The notes under the pieces were generated by a model. The model was given only the letters and a program-made list of their open reading frames with translations, searched no databases and was not told the origin of the DNA. This document shows positions 51,564-64,000 of a DNA stretch of 64,000 bases, one piece after another. A program made the translations under genes and the position numbers. Origin of the DNA: Candidatus Hydrogenedentota bacterium (GTDB lineage: Bacteria; Hydrogenedentota; Hydrogenedentia; Hydrogenedentales; GCA-2746185). The number at the start of each line of letters is the position of its first letter. The stretch's first letter is position 1. Where the stretch lies: assembly GCA_046583315.1 (NCBI GenBank), contig JAYGCN010000034.1, forward strand, positions 1-64,000. The letters run 5' to 3'.

Positions 51564-52256
51564 ATGACCGACAAACAATCACTACATCTGTATTCCGCCG
51601 ATGATTCAAGTATTCAGCCGCGACGCCTGCCCGTTCAGGCACGCAGTCGCGAACGTGTCGAACGCATCCTCGACGCTGCCGCACAGTTGCTCACCGAACA
51701 GGGATATAACTCCGTCAAGACCAACACCATCGCCAAACGTGCCGGCGTACCCATAGGCTCCGTCTACCAATTCTTCCCCAACCGCTACGCCATTTTCAAC
51801 GCGCTCGCCTCTCGATACCAGACACGCGTCGCCGAAATACTCTCCGAAAGCCTCAGCCCCGATGCCTTGCAAGATACCCCATGGGACGAAGCCCTGGCCT
51901 CGGTCATCGACGTGCTCGCCACCATGTGGCGCGAAGACTGGGCATTTCACTCCGTCTGGCTCGCCATTCAAAACACCGCAGAACTCCAGGAAGCCGATCT
52001 CCTCTTTCGCGAAGAAGTCATCGACAGCATTCTCGTCGCCTTCCTCAAACGCGTCATTCCCGGTATCGACGAGCACCAACAACAAACCATCGCACGTATC
52101 ATGTTCGAAACCACCAATCTCCTGCTCGATAATTCCATGCGACGCAACGCCAAACAAGACGAATTACTCGTGGACGAACTTAAATTCCTGCTCCACAGCT
52201 ACCTCTCTGCACACCTGACTTCCGCCTCCAACCTCAGCGACGAACCCCCCTACTAG
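51564..52256 (+). CDS. TetR/AcrR-family regulator
   Basis: QARSRERVERILDAA...IAKRAGVPIGSVYQFFPN. Confidence 0.92.
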   Translation: MTDKQSLHLYSADDSSIQPRRLPVQARSRERVERILDAAAQLLTEQGYNSVKTNTIAKRAGVPIGSVYQFFPNRYAIFNALASRYQTRVAEILSESLSPDALQDTPWDEALASVIDVLATMWREDWAFHSVWLAIQNTAELQEADLLFREEVIDSILVAFLKRVIPGIDEHQQQTIARIMFETTNLLLDNSMRRNAKQDELLVDELKFLLHSYLSAHLTSASNLSDEPPY

Positions 52257-52265
52257 GACTCACCC

Positions 52266-53120
52266 ATGCCCGACGCATCCCAACTCCCCTTTCTCCTCCA
52301 ACTTCTGGAGGACCCTTCCCCCATGGTACAGCGCGCTGTACGCGAAGAACTCAGCGAATTCGGTGATGACCTCGGACACCAGATTGAATCCATCTCCGAT
52401 TACGTCCGCCCAGAACATGTCGCCGTACTACGCGCTGCACGTCTCGATCAGCGACGCAACCAACTACTCACCGTATGGCCCTCCTGGTTCCCCATCGAAA
52501 ACGATTACATTCAGCTCGAAACCGCTCTGGAGCTGCTCTCAACCTACCTGCGTCCCAACACCAACATCGGAACACTCACCAATGGATTAAACCTGCTAGC
52601 CAATGAATTCCGCGCCATCCACACCAATGCCGACAGCTACGATCTCGCCAAATTCCTCTTTGAAACAAAGGGCTTCAAAGGCAGCCAGTCCAAATATTAC
52701 AGTCCCGAACGAAGCAACCTGCTCGAAACCATGCGCACCCACTCCGGCAACCCCATCAGCCTCACCTGCATCTTCATGCTCGTCGGCTACCGTGTCGGCA
52801 TCACCGTACACGGATGCAATTTCCCCGGACATTTCCTCGCCATGGCCGAAGTAGGCCACGAACTCGTTCTCATCGACTGCTTCAACGAAGGCCGCATCAT
52901 CACTCCATCCGCTTTCAAGCCAGATACCTCAACCATGCCCATCGCGCGACTCGAAGAGTTGTTACAGGAACCCGCCAACGCAGAAACCATCGTCCGGCGC
53001 ATCCTCAACAACCTCGTCAACTCATACACGCTCGAAGGCGACGACTCACGACGCAACCTCATACAAGAATTGCTCGACCTGCAGCGCAAGTGGATGATGT
53101 CCCCCGACGTCGTACGTTAG
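52266..53120 (+). CDS. SirB1/transglutaminase-like (Transglut_core2) protein
   Basis: YY-PERS-L, GNPISL, NFPGHFL, IDCFNEG, RILNNL. Confidence 0.8.
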   Translation: MPDASQLPFLLQLLEDPSPMVQRAVREELSEFGDDLGHQIESISDYVRPEHVAVLRAARLDQRRNQLLTVWPSWFPIENDYIQLETALELLSTYLRPNTNIGTLTNGLNLLANEFRAIHTNADSYDLAKFLFETKGFKGSQSKYYSPERSNLLETMRTHSGNPISLTCIFMLVGYRVGITVHGCNFPGHFLAMAEVGHELVLIDCFNEGRIITPSAFKPDTSTMPIARLEELLQEPANAETIVRRILNNLVNSYTLEGDDSRRNLIQELLDLQRKWMMSPDVVR

Positions 53121-53797
53121 TCCTGAACGAAATTCTCCCCGTCGAACCGAAAACCCTCTTCAGTAAATCCGTCGAAGTCTTTCAGCGATTTCACGTCGTT
53201 CTCAATCAGAAAGCGCACGAAACGCCCCTTGATCGCTTTGCCGAAATGGCCCGCCGATTTCTTGCCCCCCTGCACTTTGAAATCCACATGCACCGCCGCC
53301 TCATACCCATGCGCCTTCGCATAAGACTGCGACAGCAGCGACACTACCGGCCCGCCCTTCGCAATCACGCCGATTCGCGCAGTATTCTTCTTCATCCAAT
53401 ACCGCGCCAGCCAGGAATTCATCGGCATCTTATACTCGGGTATCCGTGTGGCTCCCGAAATCACGCCGAACAATCCCGACACCACATACAACCGCGTACA
53501 CGCCCGTTTTTTTGCCTTCAAGGTCGCGTAATCCAGATGCGTAAACACTACTCCCGTATAGCGCTCCAATGCCGGGACACAGCCTGCCTTCGCGATGGCC
53601 AGATTCCGTTTTCGCCACGCCAAAGCCTTCTCCGCATTCTTCACACCCACAAATTTACCAACATCCCCCTCAGGCAATGCACGCAAGTGTTTGAGTACCC
53701 CCTGACTATCCCCATAAAGCCCCGGATTCCATTTCTTGAAAGCCCTCGTACCCGCGACATCCGATTTCCCCTCACTCGGCGGCAACAATACAATCAT
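53117..53797 (-). CDS. yaaA: Peroxide-stress protein YaaA
   Basis: LLPPSEGK, ALERYTGV, SGLFG, KAIKGRF. Confidence 0.85.
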   Translation of the reverse strand: MIVLLPPSEGKSDVAGTRAFKKWNPGLYGDSQGVLKHLRALPEGDVGKFVGVKNAEKALAWRKRNLAIAKAGCVPALERYTGVVFTHLDYATLKAKKRACTRLYVVSGLFGVISGATRIPEYKMPMNSWLARYWMKKNTARIGVIAKGGPVVSLLSQSYAKAHGYEAAVHVDFKVQGGKKSAGHFGKAIKGRFVRFLIENDVKSLKDFDGFTEEGFRFDGENFVQD

Positions 53798-54129
53798 ACT
53801 TCCTCTAAACCTATCCGCATGCCAGCCAGTTGCGCCAAAGCCATTACCGTAAGCAGTAATAAAAAGTATCCTACAACCAATCCATATTGAGCCATCGCAA
53901 AACCCTTGTATTTCTCCGGCTCGCGACGCAGGTCGCGTTTCCCCAGATGTCCAAACAAAATCGCAACAGGAAAAAGCAAATAGAGAACAGTTAGGATCTG
54001 CAACAATTGAGCTCCGAAAAATCCCAAGATCGCAACATTCGCCGCAGCAAAGCTGATCACCGCGTTCCGGGAGTTACGCTTCTCACTCCCCGCCGCCGCC
54101 TTCACCAATATGTTCTTCTCATCATCCAT
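53794..54129 (-). CDS. DUF4190-like membrane protein
   Basis: AILFGHLG...YKGFAMAQYGLVVGY. Confidence 0.65.
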   Translation of the reverse strand: MDDEKNILVKAAAGSEKRNSRNAVISFAAANVAILGFFGAQLLQILTVLYLLFPVAILFGHLGKRDLRREPEKYKGFAMAQYGLVVGYFLLLLTVMALAQLAGMRIGLEEV

Positions 54130-54209
54130 AATCTGAGACACCAATCATGCCAAAAGAAACGCCCCGGACACAAAGTCCGAGGCGTTGTAGTTCGAATTGT
54201 ATCGTGGCG

Positions 54210-56858
54210 CTAAGCGTTCTTTTGTTCCAGGTGCAATTCACGCTTTTCGGACCAGGCACGAAGGTAATTAACCACCGGCGTGGCCACAAACAGCGACGAA
54301 TACGTACCCACCAGCACTCCCGCAATCAATGCCAGCGCGAAGTCGTTAATCTCGGGTCCACCAAAGATAAACAAAATAATCACAACAAACAAGGTCGTCA
54401 ACGAGGTCAGCAATGTCCGGCTCAGCGTACGGTTCACGCTCGTGTTCAACATATCGACGAAGTTCATGCCGCGCGACTTGTTCAATGCCAGATCTTCACG
54501 TACCCGGTCAAACACAACAATGGTATCGTTCAACGAATAACCAATAATCGTCAACAACGCCGCGACCACCGGTATCGAAATCTCCCGCTGGAACAACGCC
54601 AGAATCCCGATCACAATCAGCACGTCATGCACCAACGCCACAACAGCGCCCACCGCAAACTTCCACTCAAAACGGAACCAGAGATAGAGAATAATAAAGA
54701 ACAGCGCAAAGAAAATGGCATTAAACGCATCACGACGTAGTTGCGCGCCAACTGCAGGGCCAACCGTTTCCGAGCGTAAGACCTCCACCTTCTCGTTAAT
54801 ATCATTGGAGCTCACCGTGGACAACGCAGCAAGCGCTACCTGTACAGCGTCGGAAACCGAGGACCCGGCGGTAGCTTTCCCGGTCTCAGTGACCACTTCT
54901 GCTGTCTCTCCATCCTCTACAGGCGCTTCGGCTTCAGGAACTTCGCTCTGATCACCAATACGAATCAGAAAACGATTGCCTTCCGCCGAGTCAGCGTCAC
55001 GCGACTCCTGAACGATTGGAGATATAAAGTCAGCCTCATTCAAGGCCGTGCGAACCGCATTCACACCGATAGGCTCGTCAGACTTGATCGACACCCGTAT
55101 GCTCGTACCATTCGTAAAGTCCACACCAAAGTTGTCCTTGCCACGGGATGCAAAAATAACGACACCAACAAGGATCACCGCGATACTGACCATCGCTGCG
55201 ATACGGCGTCTACCCAGAATTTCAAATCTCGGCTCGCTTTTCAAAATACTAAGCATCGTAAAATTAGAAACCAGCTTCTTCTCGGCGATAAACTCAATGA
55301 ATGCGCGCGTCACGACCAGAGCCGCGAATACACTGCTACACACGCCGATGCTCAATGCGACCGCGAAGCCCTGTACCGGCCCTGTACCAAACTGGGTCAG
55401 CACCATCGCCGCGATAAGCGTTGTCACGTTGGCATCCCAAATCGCCGATGAAGCGCGCGCATAGCCGCCTTCAATCGATGCCACCAGTGATTTCCCCTGC
55501 TGAAGTTCCTCGCGAATACGTTCAAAAATAAGCACGTTGGCATCCACCGCCATACCAATCGTCAATATCAATCCCGCAATACCCGGCAGCGTCAATGTCG
55601 TGTTGAAATACGCAAAAGCGCCCAGAATAATCGTCGCGTTAATCAGCAGAGAAGCCACCGCGACCAATCCAGCGATGTGATAATAAATAACCATGAATAC
55701 AATGACGAGGGCCAAACCAATCACCGAAGAGGTCACGCCCTGCCTGGCCGATTCGCCACCAATCGTCGGCCCTACAATACCCGCGTAATCCTCGCGAGGC
55801 GTAACCGGCATTGAGCCCGAATTCAACGATATCGCGAGATCCTTCGCCTCGTCACCCGTAAACGTTCCCGAAATCGATCCACTCGCGCCAATGGCTTCGT
55901 TAATATTCGGCGCAGACATTACATTGCCGTCCAGCACAATCGCCAGGCTGCGTCCAACATTGTCCGCCGTCAACTGACGAAATATCGGGGCCGATTCAGC
56001 ATTAAACTCGAAAAGAATCATCCATCGGCCTGGACTCTCCGGATCCGGACGCGCCACGGAAGATTTAATGCCCTCACCCGTCATGCCTATCTCTGATTCT
56101 AGAACATATATCGAATAATTGGCTTCCTTGTCATAATCAGGAGGCGGGGGGCTAAATTCGATAATACGACCACCAGGAATCAAACCCGGCACATCAGCAG
56201 CCTGTTCAATCAACTCACGAACACGATCAATATCGTCCTGAGAAACACTGTAGTACGGGTTGTTGTACGTACGATTCTGAAGAAAAGGGATTAATTCATT
56301 CTCGAAATGGCGGTCAATATTGACTAGGATCTGCGTCGATTCATCGGGCCCAACGCCAATGTGAAACTCAAGCCGCGCCGCTCCAAAAATGAGCTCTTTG
56401 GCACGTTTGATATCCGATTGCCCCGGAAGCTGAATTTCGACCTGCTTGGGTCCCAAAGCCTGAATGGTAGGCTCCTGAGCATCAAACTGTTCTATTCGAT
56501 TGCGAATGGTCGCCAGGAAAATGTCCTGAACATCTGAATCCGTAAGGCCGCGCTCGATCGCCTCTTCATTCAATTCATCGAAACCCACAACCATGTGGAT
56601 ACCGCCCTGAAGATCGATACCCAGCGTGATCGACTGCTTGTTATCGAATTCGCTCCAGCGTTGGATTTTCCACTTGTAACGCTGAAAAATACTGACTTCC
56701 ATACCTGCGCGATCGTAATCTTCCTGAGCCCAGCGTTCGACGCGAGCGTCTTTCTCATCTTTCTCCAGCGAGTACCACCCTACAGTAGGCACCACATTCA
56801 CCACCGCAACCACAAGGACTGCAATGATTAACAAACTTCGATAAAAATGGTTCTTCAT
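54210..56858 (-). CDS. secDF: Fused protein translocase subunit SecDF
   Basis: LGIDLQGG, GMAVDANVLIFERIREE, GVDFTNG, GYSLNDTIVVFDRVRE. Confidence 0.96.
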   Translation of the reverse strand: MKNHFYRSLLIIAVLVVAVVNVVPTVGWYSLEKDEKDARVERWAQEDYDRAGMEVSIFQRYKWKIQRWSEFDNKQSITLGIDLQGGIHMVVGFDELNEEAIERGLTDSDVQDIFLATIRNRIEQFDAQEPTIQALGPKQVEIQLPGQSDIKRAKELIFGAARLEFHIGVGPDESTQILVNIDRHFENELIPFLQNRTYNNPYYSVSQDDIDRVRELIEQAADVPGLIPGGRIIEFSPPPPDYDKEANYSIYVLESEIGMTGEGIKSSVARPDPESPGRWMILFEFNAESAPIFRQLTADNVGRSLAIVLDGNVMSAPNINEAIGASGSISGTFTGDEAKDLAISLNSGSMPVTPREDYAGIVGPTIGGESARQGVTSSVIGLALVIVFMVIYYHIAGLVAVASLLINATIILGAFAYFNTTLTLPGIAGLILTIGMAVDANVLIFERIREELQQGKSLVASIEGGYARASSAIWDANVTTLIAAMVLTQFGTGPVQGFAVALSIGVCSSVFAALVVTRAFIEFIAEKKLVSNFTMLSILKSEPRFEILGRRRIAAMVSIAVILVGVVIFASRGKDNFGVDFTNGTSIRVSIKSDEPIGVNAVRTALNEADFISPIVQESRDADSAEGNRFLIRIGDQSEVPEAEAPVEDGETAEVVTETGKATAGSSVSDAVQVALAALSTVSSNDINEKVEVLRSETVGPAVGAQLRRDAFNAIFFALFFIILYLWFRFEWKFAVGAVVALVHDVLIVIGILALFQREISIPVVAALLTIIGYSLNDTIVVFDRVREDLALNKSRGMNFVDMLNTSVNRTLSRTLLTSLTTLFVVIILFIFGGPEINDFALALIAGVLVGTYSSLFVATPVVNYLRAWSEKRELHLEQKNA

Positions 56859-56903
56859 TAAGTTACTCCGGTGAAGCCTTCAAGGCGTTCAATTCGTCGT
56901 TGA

Positions 56904-57242
56904 TTACTCTTTCGCCTCTTTCGGCACCACATGCCCAATCGACGTGCGAAGAATTTCCAGTTTAACCATGGGGTCATCACTGACCTTCACGATGACGCTC
57001 TTCTCATGCAATTTCACAATCGTACCGCATAGGCCGCCCGAGCTGATCACGTCGTCACCCTTCGAAAGGGCCTCCAGCATATTCTTGCGCTCAGTATCCC
57101 GCTTGCGCTGCGGCGAAATTACCAGCATCCAGAAAATACCGCCTATCAGGAAGATTGGAAGAAACTGTATAAACGGGCCCAAACCTCCACCCGACTCACC
57201 AGCAGGCGCTTCCTGCACAATATGTATCCACTCGATCCACAC
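56904..57242 (-). CDS. yajC: Preprotein translocase subunit YajC
   Basis: PQRKR, L-KGD-V-x-SGG; between tgt and secDF. Confidence 0.92.
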   Translation of the reverse strand: MWIEWIHIVQEAPAGESGGGLGPFIQFLPIFLIGGIFWMLVISPQRKRDTERKNMLEALSKGDDVISSGGLCGTIVKLHEKSVIVKVSDDPMVKLEILRTSIGHVVPKEAKE

Positions 57243-57269
57243 GGTTCTAACTCCTTAAAATACTGGGGA

Positions 57270-59455
<2,186 letters not shown>

Positions 59456-59458
59456 AAC

Positions 59459-60832
59459 CTATTTCCCAATGCAAAACGAGTTGAAAATATGCCCTAAGAC
59501 TTCATCCGGAGTCGTCTCGCCGGTGATCTCGCCCAGTGCCGCCAGCGCGTCATCCATGTCAATGCTCATGAATTCCGGAGACGTATCGTAATTGCCTTGA
59601 AGCCGCTTAAGCGCCTCAATACCACGTCGCAAACTGTCCTTCTGATGCGCCCGCGTGATCATGCCCTGATCCGGCATAAATTCCTTGCCATCGCGCAACA
59701 AAACACCCAGCGCATGCTCCATCTCCGCCAAACCCGTCTCTTCCACGGCCGACACTTCGCAAACAGCGGTCACCTCGTCACGATAGTCCGACAAATCTGC
59801 AGATATCCCCAAATCAATCTTGTTCGCGATCAACATCGTAGGCACCTTCGCCGATAGTGCCTCGTCCAGAATGCGCCGATCTTCTTCAGACAACGGAGCC
59901 GATGCGTCCACAACAAACAAGACCACATCACTTTCCGACAACGCCACCCGCGCGCGATCCACCCCGATGCGTTCCACGTCATCATCCGTCTCGCGAATCC
60001 CGGCCATGTCCACCAGCTTCACCGCAATACCCTCGATACTGATCACTTCTTCCAACACATCGCGCGTCGTTCCCGCATGATGCGTCACGATGGCCCGTGC
60101 ATCGCGCAACAACGCATTAAATAAACTCGACTTGCCCACATTCGGCTTGCCCGCAATCACCGCCGATGCCCCTTCGCGATACAAACGCCCCGCATCCGCA
60201 TTCGCAAACAGAGACTCCATGCCCGCAAGCACCCCGTCGATTCTTGCTTTCAACTCAGGCGTGATCAGCTCAGGTAGATCGTCATCAGGAAAATCGACCG
60301 CCGCCTCAATATGCGCCTTGGCCAGCACCAGATCTTCACGAAACGCATGCAGTGTTTTTGACAATGCCCCCCGTGCCGCAGCCGATGCCGCCTTCAATCC
60401 CGCCTGGGTCATCGCCTGAATACGGTCCATCACCGCCTCAGCCTGCACCAAATCGATGCGCCCATTCATAAATGCCCGCTGCGTGAATTCACCCGGGCCC
60501 GCCAACCGTGCGCCGGCCTCCAACACTGCGGACAATATCGCTTGAAGAGGAGCCGCACCGCCATGCCCATTGATTTCAACGACATCTTCGGCCGTGTAAC
60601 TATGCGGACCGCGCATCACATGCACGAGCACCTCATCAACGGCCTCCTCGTTCACGCAAAACTCACCGTAATACACTTGGCGCGCGTCGCCGGAAATGTC
60701 CTTGCCCGTGGCCGACACGAAATAACCCCGCACCACATCCACCGCAGTCGGCCCGCTCACACGCACGATTCCAATCCCCCCCGCACCCGGAGGCGTAGAG
60801 ATTGCCGCTATCGTATCGGCATCAGACTGCAT
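59459..60832 (-). CDS. mnmE: tRNA modification GTPase MnmE
   Basis: DTIAAISTP, GKPNVGKS, GTTRD, NKID, FCIGK. Confidence 0.97.
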   Translation of the reverse strand: MQSDADTIAAISTPPGAGGIGIVRVSGPTAVDVVRGYFVSATGKDISGDARQVYYGEFCVNEEAVDEVLVHVMRGPHSYTAEDVVEINGHGGAAPLQAILSAVLEAGARLAGPGEFTQRAFMNGRIDLVQAEAVMDRIQAMTQAGLKAASAAARGALSKTLHAFREDLVLAKAHIEAAVDFPDDDLPELITPELKARIDGVLAGMESLFANADAGRLYREGASAVIAGKPNVGKSSLFNALLRDARAIVTHHAGTTRDVLEEVISIEGIAVKLVDMAGIRETDDDVERIGVDRARVALSESDVVLFVVDASAPLSEEDRRILDEALSAKVPTMLIANKIDLGISADLSDYRDEVTAVCEVSAVEETGLAEMEHALGVLLRDGKEFMPDQGMITRAHQKDSLRRGIEALKRLQGNYDTSPEFMSIDMDDALAALGEITGETTPDEVLGHIFNSFCIGK

Positions 60833-60883
60833 GATCGGTCTCGCTGGTTAGCCGCAAAGAGTTTTCAGGTACGGGATCGCGCG

Positions 60884-62359
60884 CTAGTCTTCGTCTTTCG
60901 CAGCGTCATCACCATCGGAATCAACCGTAGCAACGGCCTCGCCATCCTCGACCACTTCATCCGTCGTTTCGTCAGTCGTTTCGTCAGTCGTTTCGTCGGT
61001 CGTTTCGTCGGTCGTTTCGTCAGTCGTTTCGTCGGTCGTTTCGTCGGTCGATTCGTCAGTCGATTCGTCAGTCGATTCATCATCTGATTCGTCATCTGAT
61101 TCGTCAACCACTTCGTCAACCGACTCATCGCTCACATCAGACTCAACAACTTCCGATTCAGTAGGCTCAGCATCACTATCGGACGCTGCATCATCGTCGG
61201 AATCCTTGGACTCCACCTGGCCTTCATTGTTCGGCACAATCACCACACGTCGCAATGTCGATCCGCCCAAGCTAAACGTGCGAATTTCCTCGTCGTCTTC
61301 AAGAATCAGATGCACAATACGGCGTTCGTGGGCGTCCAGCGGTTTGATACGCATGCTGCGACCCGTTTCCTTGGCACGCGCCGCCATCGACAAGGCCATT
61401 TCTTCCAGCGTCTCGCGACGACGTTTCACATAGCCCTCAACATCAACGACAAGGCGATCCACAACATCATCCTCTTCACCCTTGAGGATGATACGGTTCA
61501 TAATGAACTGCAACGCTTCCAGGTTACGACCCTTGCGCCCGATCAATATCGCCGAATCTTCAGTCGCCACATCCAATACCAGATCCATCTCTTTGTTCAA
61601 CGAACTGGTCACCGTCGACTCCATGCCCATATTGCTAATGATTTCCTGCAACAACACCGCAGCATCCTTACCCAACGCCTCTGCCGCTACCGTATCGATA
61701 GGCGTCGTACGTTCGCGACGTTTCGGACGTGACTGCTTCTCCTGTTTAGGCTTACGCTCGCGCTGCGGACGCTTCTGATCGCGATTCTCATTTCGATTCT
61801 CTTTGCGATTGTTATTGCGTTTCGAACGATCTCCCCGTTGCCCACCTTCGTTACGTTGGCCCCGGCCTTCGGATTTTTTCTCCGAACGGTTTTCGTTACG
61901 ATTGCGATTACGACTCGGGCGTTCTTCACCCTTCTCACTCGCACTCGGCTCAGCACGATTGCCATCCACTTCCCGATTCCCGCGATTCTCGTTCTGGCCA
62001 CGACCTCGCCCATCGCGATTCTGGCGATCACCCCGACCACGGCTCCGGTTACGATTGCGATTCTGGCCCCGTCCATAATCAATCGGGCGTGCTTTGCGAT
62101 TCTCCGGGTCTTTCCCGCCAAAATCCTCGTCGATCATGCGGTTCCCTATATTGTCCGCCTCGTCGGCATAGCTGCCATCGTCCGACAGATGTTCTGCACG
62201 CACAATAACTTCTACCTCGCGGGCACCAATACCCAAAAATCCCTTACTACCTTCATCCCTGATTTCGATTTCCACTTCGTGCAGTTCGCAGCCAAGCTTA
62301 TCGAGTGCCTTCTGTATCGCACCCTGCCGTGTCGCTGCTGATGATTTTACCTGTCGCAT
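60884..62359 (-). CDS. jag: Jag/EloR (KhpB) RNA-binding protein
   Basis: Jag_N (KGFLGIG), KH ([13 protein letters not shown]), R3H (ERRIVH); long R/N-rich linker and acidic tail. Confidence 0.92.
   Translation of the reverse strand: MRQVKSSAATRQGAIQKALDKLGCELHEVEIEIRDEGSKGFLGIGAREVEVIVRAEHLSDDGSYADEADNIGNRMIDEDFGGKDPENRKARPIDYGRGQNRNRNRSRGRGDRQNRDGRGRGQNENRGNREVDGNRAEPSASEKGEERPSRNRNRNENRSEKKSEGRGQRNEGGQRGDRSKRNNNRKENRNENRDQKRPQRERKPKQEKQSRPKRRERTTPIDTVAAEALGKDAAVLLQEIISNMGMESTVTSSLNKEMDLVLDVATEDSAILIGRKGRNLEALQFIMNRIILKGEEDDVVDRLVVDVEGYVKRRRETLEEMALSMAARAKETGRSMRIKPLDAHERRIVHLILEDDEEIRTFSLGGSTLRRVVIVPNNEGQVESKDSDDDAASDSDAEPTESEVVESDVSDESVDEVVDESDDESDDESTDESTDESTDETTDETTDETTDETTDETTDETTDETTDEVVEDGEAVATVDSDGDDAAKDED
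60963..61118 (-). repeat. 12-bp coding tandem repeat, about 13 units
   Basis: + strand GTCGTTTCGTC(A/G) x7, GTCGATTC(G/A)TCA x3, TCTGATTCGTCA x2 and ACCACTTCGTCA; encodes [16 protein letters not shown]. Confidence 0.95.
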
Positions 62360-62481
62360 GATTCTTCTCTCCTGTTTCAGGCCAACACTGTGGCCAAGTC
62401 TGTGGCGATTGAAAATTGAATCGGTTGGCCAAAGAAGGGCCTCAGATTGTTACCGATTCACGCAGTTTTCTCTTGTTAACG

Positions 62482-64000
62482 CTATTTCTTCTTCTTCTTT
62501 TTATTGCGCCGTTCTTCTTTCGCCTGCTCTCGTTTACGTTCCTGTGCGCGCGTATAAAAATGCTGTTTGCGCTTTTTCCGAACGTCCTCCACTGTTTTTT
62601 TCTTCTTCTTTTTCACTTTAGCCGGAGCCGAATCGGATTCAGGATCCTTGCTCCGGTTAATGACCTGTTGTTGCACAATTCCTAGCACCGTACTGGTCAA
62701 AACATATAAATTGATGCCCGCCGAAAACGGATACGACACCACCCCGAAAAATATCGGCATGATCCGCATCATCATCTGCTGCTGCGGATTCTGCATCGCG
62801 CTCGACGAGTTCATCCGCATACTGAACACCATCGCAACCACCATCAAAAGCGGAAGGATATTCAGGTACTCGATATACTGCCCGACAAACGGAACACCGG
62901 ACAGAAACGGAAGATGGATCAACCGGTCCGGGAACGATAAATCATCAATCCACAGGAACGTTGCACCGCGCATCTCAAAGGCGTTCATGATCATGCGATA
63001 CAACGCAATAAATATCGGCATCTGCAAAAACATCGGCAAACAACCACCCAGCGGATTCACCCCACGCTCGCGAAACATCTCCATTTGCGCCTGCGCGAAG
63101 GCCTGTTTATCCTCCTGGCTATCCCCGTATTTTTCCTTCAGTTCCTTCAATTCCGGCTGCAGTGCCTGCATCGCCTTCATCGAACGCATACTCTTCAACG
63201 TCAACGGCAACATCACCAGCCGCACCACCAACGTCAAAAGGATGATCGAAACACCATAATTTCCAAAAAATCCATACCACCAATTCAGATTCGTCAGCAG
63301 CAACTTCGCAAACCAATCCAGAAAGTTAGGATAATCAAAAAACGTAAGCGCATTCGGCAAGGTCGGCCACGCCTTCGTCAATTCACTCAGATGCATCGGC
63401 CCCAGATAGACTTGGAACGAAGTCGAATGCGTCTCATTCGCAGCCACTTCAAAACGCGGCACCGTCACGCCGAATCGAACGTCTTCCTGCGTACCCGATA
63501 CCCAGCCGTCTACCGTGCCTTCATCGCCGCCATTGCGAAACGCCGCCAAAAAATACTTCGTGCGATGCCCAATCCAGTCCACATCCGACATGCGACGACT
63601 TTCGGCCATATTACCCGCCTTGGGCAGGTCATTCAGATACTGCTTCTCCGGCTCAGGCTCACCCTCCGGATTCCACAACACCGACGGCTTGAACAAACGC
63701 CCACTGCTCGGCGCATTCACCCCCGGTCCCCAATTCAGCGTATACGCCGGCTCCAAATCAAGCCCCAACAAACGCGAACGCGTCTCCAAATTGCGATACG
63801 AAATATCCACATTCAACACATGTGATTTCTCGCTGAACGAAAACGTCTTCGTCACTTCCAGCGAATCCGGCAAGGTCAAACGGAAGGTGATCGAATCAAG
63901 CGTCGTTTCCTGCACCTCGAAACGGCGAATATCCAGCGCGTCCCGAATGTCGCTATGCGTAAATCGCAACCCGAAGGGATACACCATATCCGTATCCGGC
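62482..64000 (-). CDS. yidC: Membrane protein insertase YidC (5' end outside window)
   Basis: YLGP, GNYGVSIILLT, LQPELK, NPLGGCLP, LWIDDLS-PD; Lys/Arg-rich tail. Confidence 0.96.
   Translation of the reverse strand, partial: PDTDMVYPFGLRFTHSDIRDALDIRRFEVQETTLDSITFRLTLPDSLEVTKTFSFSEKSHVLNVDISYRNLETRSRLLGLDLEPAYTLNWGPGVNAPSSGRLFKPSVLWNPEGEPEPEKQYLNDLPKAGNMAESRRMSDVDWIGHRTKYFLAAFRNGGDEGTVDGWVSGTQEDVRFGVTVPRFEVAANETHSTSFQVYLGPMHLSELTKAWPTLPNALTFFDYPNFLDWFAKLLLTNLNWWYGFFGNYGVSIILLTLVVRLVMLPLTLKSMRSMKAMQALQPELKELKEKYGDSQEDKQAFAQAQMEMFRERGVNPLGGCLPMFLQMPIFIALYRMIMNAFEMRGATFLWIDDLSFPDRLIHLPFLSGVPFVGQYIEYLNILPLLMVVAMVFSMRMNSSSAMQNPQQQMMMRIMPIFFGVVSYPFSAGINLYVLTSTVLGIVQQQVINRSKDPESDSAPAKVKKKKKKTVEDVRKKRKQHFYTRAQERKREQAKEERRNKKKKKK

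Noticed and set aside
60963..61118. Possible CRISPR array
   Set aside because: Head-to-tail 12-mers with no spacers, in frame within jag, and no cas genes
62381..62441. GGCCAA/CTGTGGC short repeats between yidC and jag
   Set aside because: Too short and irregular to support an RNA element or operator

Overview
A gene-dense, moderately GC-rich bacterial chromosome segment. Gene content (CFI-box-CTERM surface protein, TIGR03663-type glycosyltransferase, fused secDF, long-tailed YidC) suggests a PVC-like or Hydrogenedentes-like organism; this is an inference. Core loci: hppA, acpP-fabF-rnc, yceD-rpmF-plsX-fabD-fabG, prpBC, rmlC-rmlA, rlmB, yaaA, secDF-yajC-tgt and mnmE-jag-yidC (yidC cut by the right edge). 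The first ~4 kb is a decaying accessory patch: an amber-interrupted HEXXH peptidase, a degenerate SNase-fold protein and a frameshifted Tox-REase/DUF4304 toxin-immunity pair. Best candidate for an undescribed system: a six-gene minus-strand operon (42652-48171) encoding DinB, NRDE/TANGO2, a DedA::ATP-grasp fusion, an OlsB-like N-acyltransferase, an OlsA-like O-acyltransferase and a membrane-anchored alpha/beta hydrolase. It reads as a complete pathway to build, flip and remodel a peptide-headed amino-lipid, and ties a TANGO2 homologue to acyl chemistry. Second candidate: an SDR-ROK-SIS-MetE-like-MBL operon (10800-15144), probably for catabolism of an unknown modified sugar. No rRNA, tRNA, CRISPR array or transposase was recognised. 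All family calls come from motifs read by eye; no database was searched.
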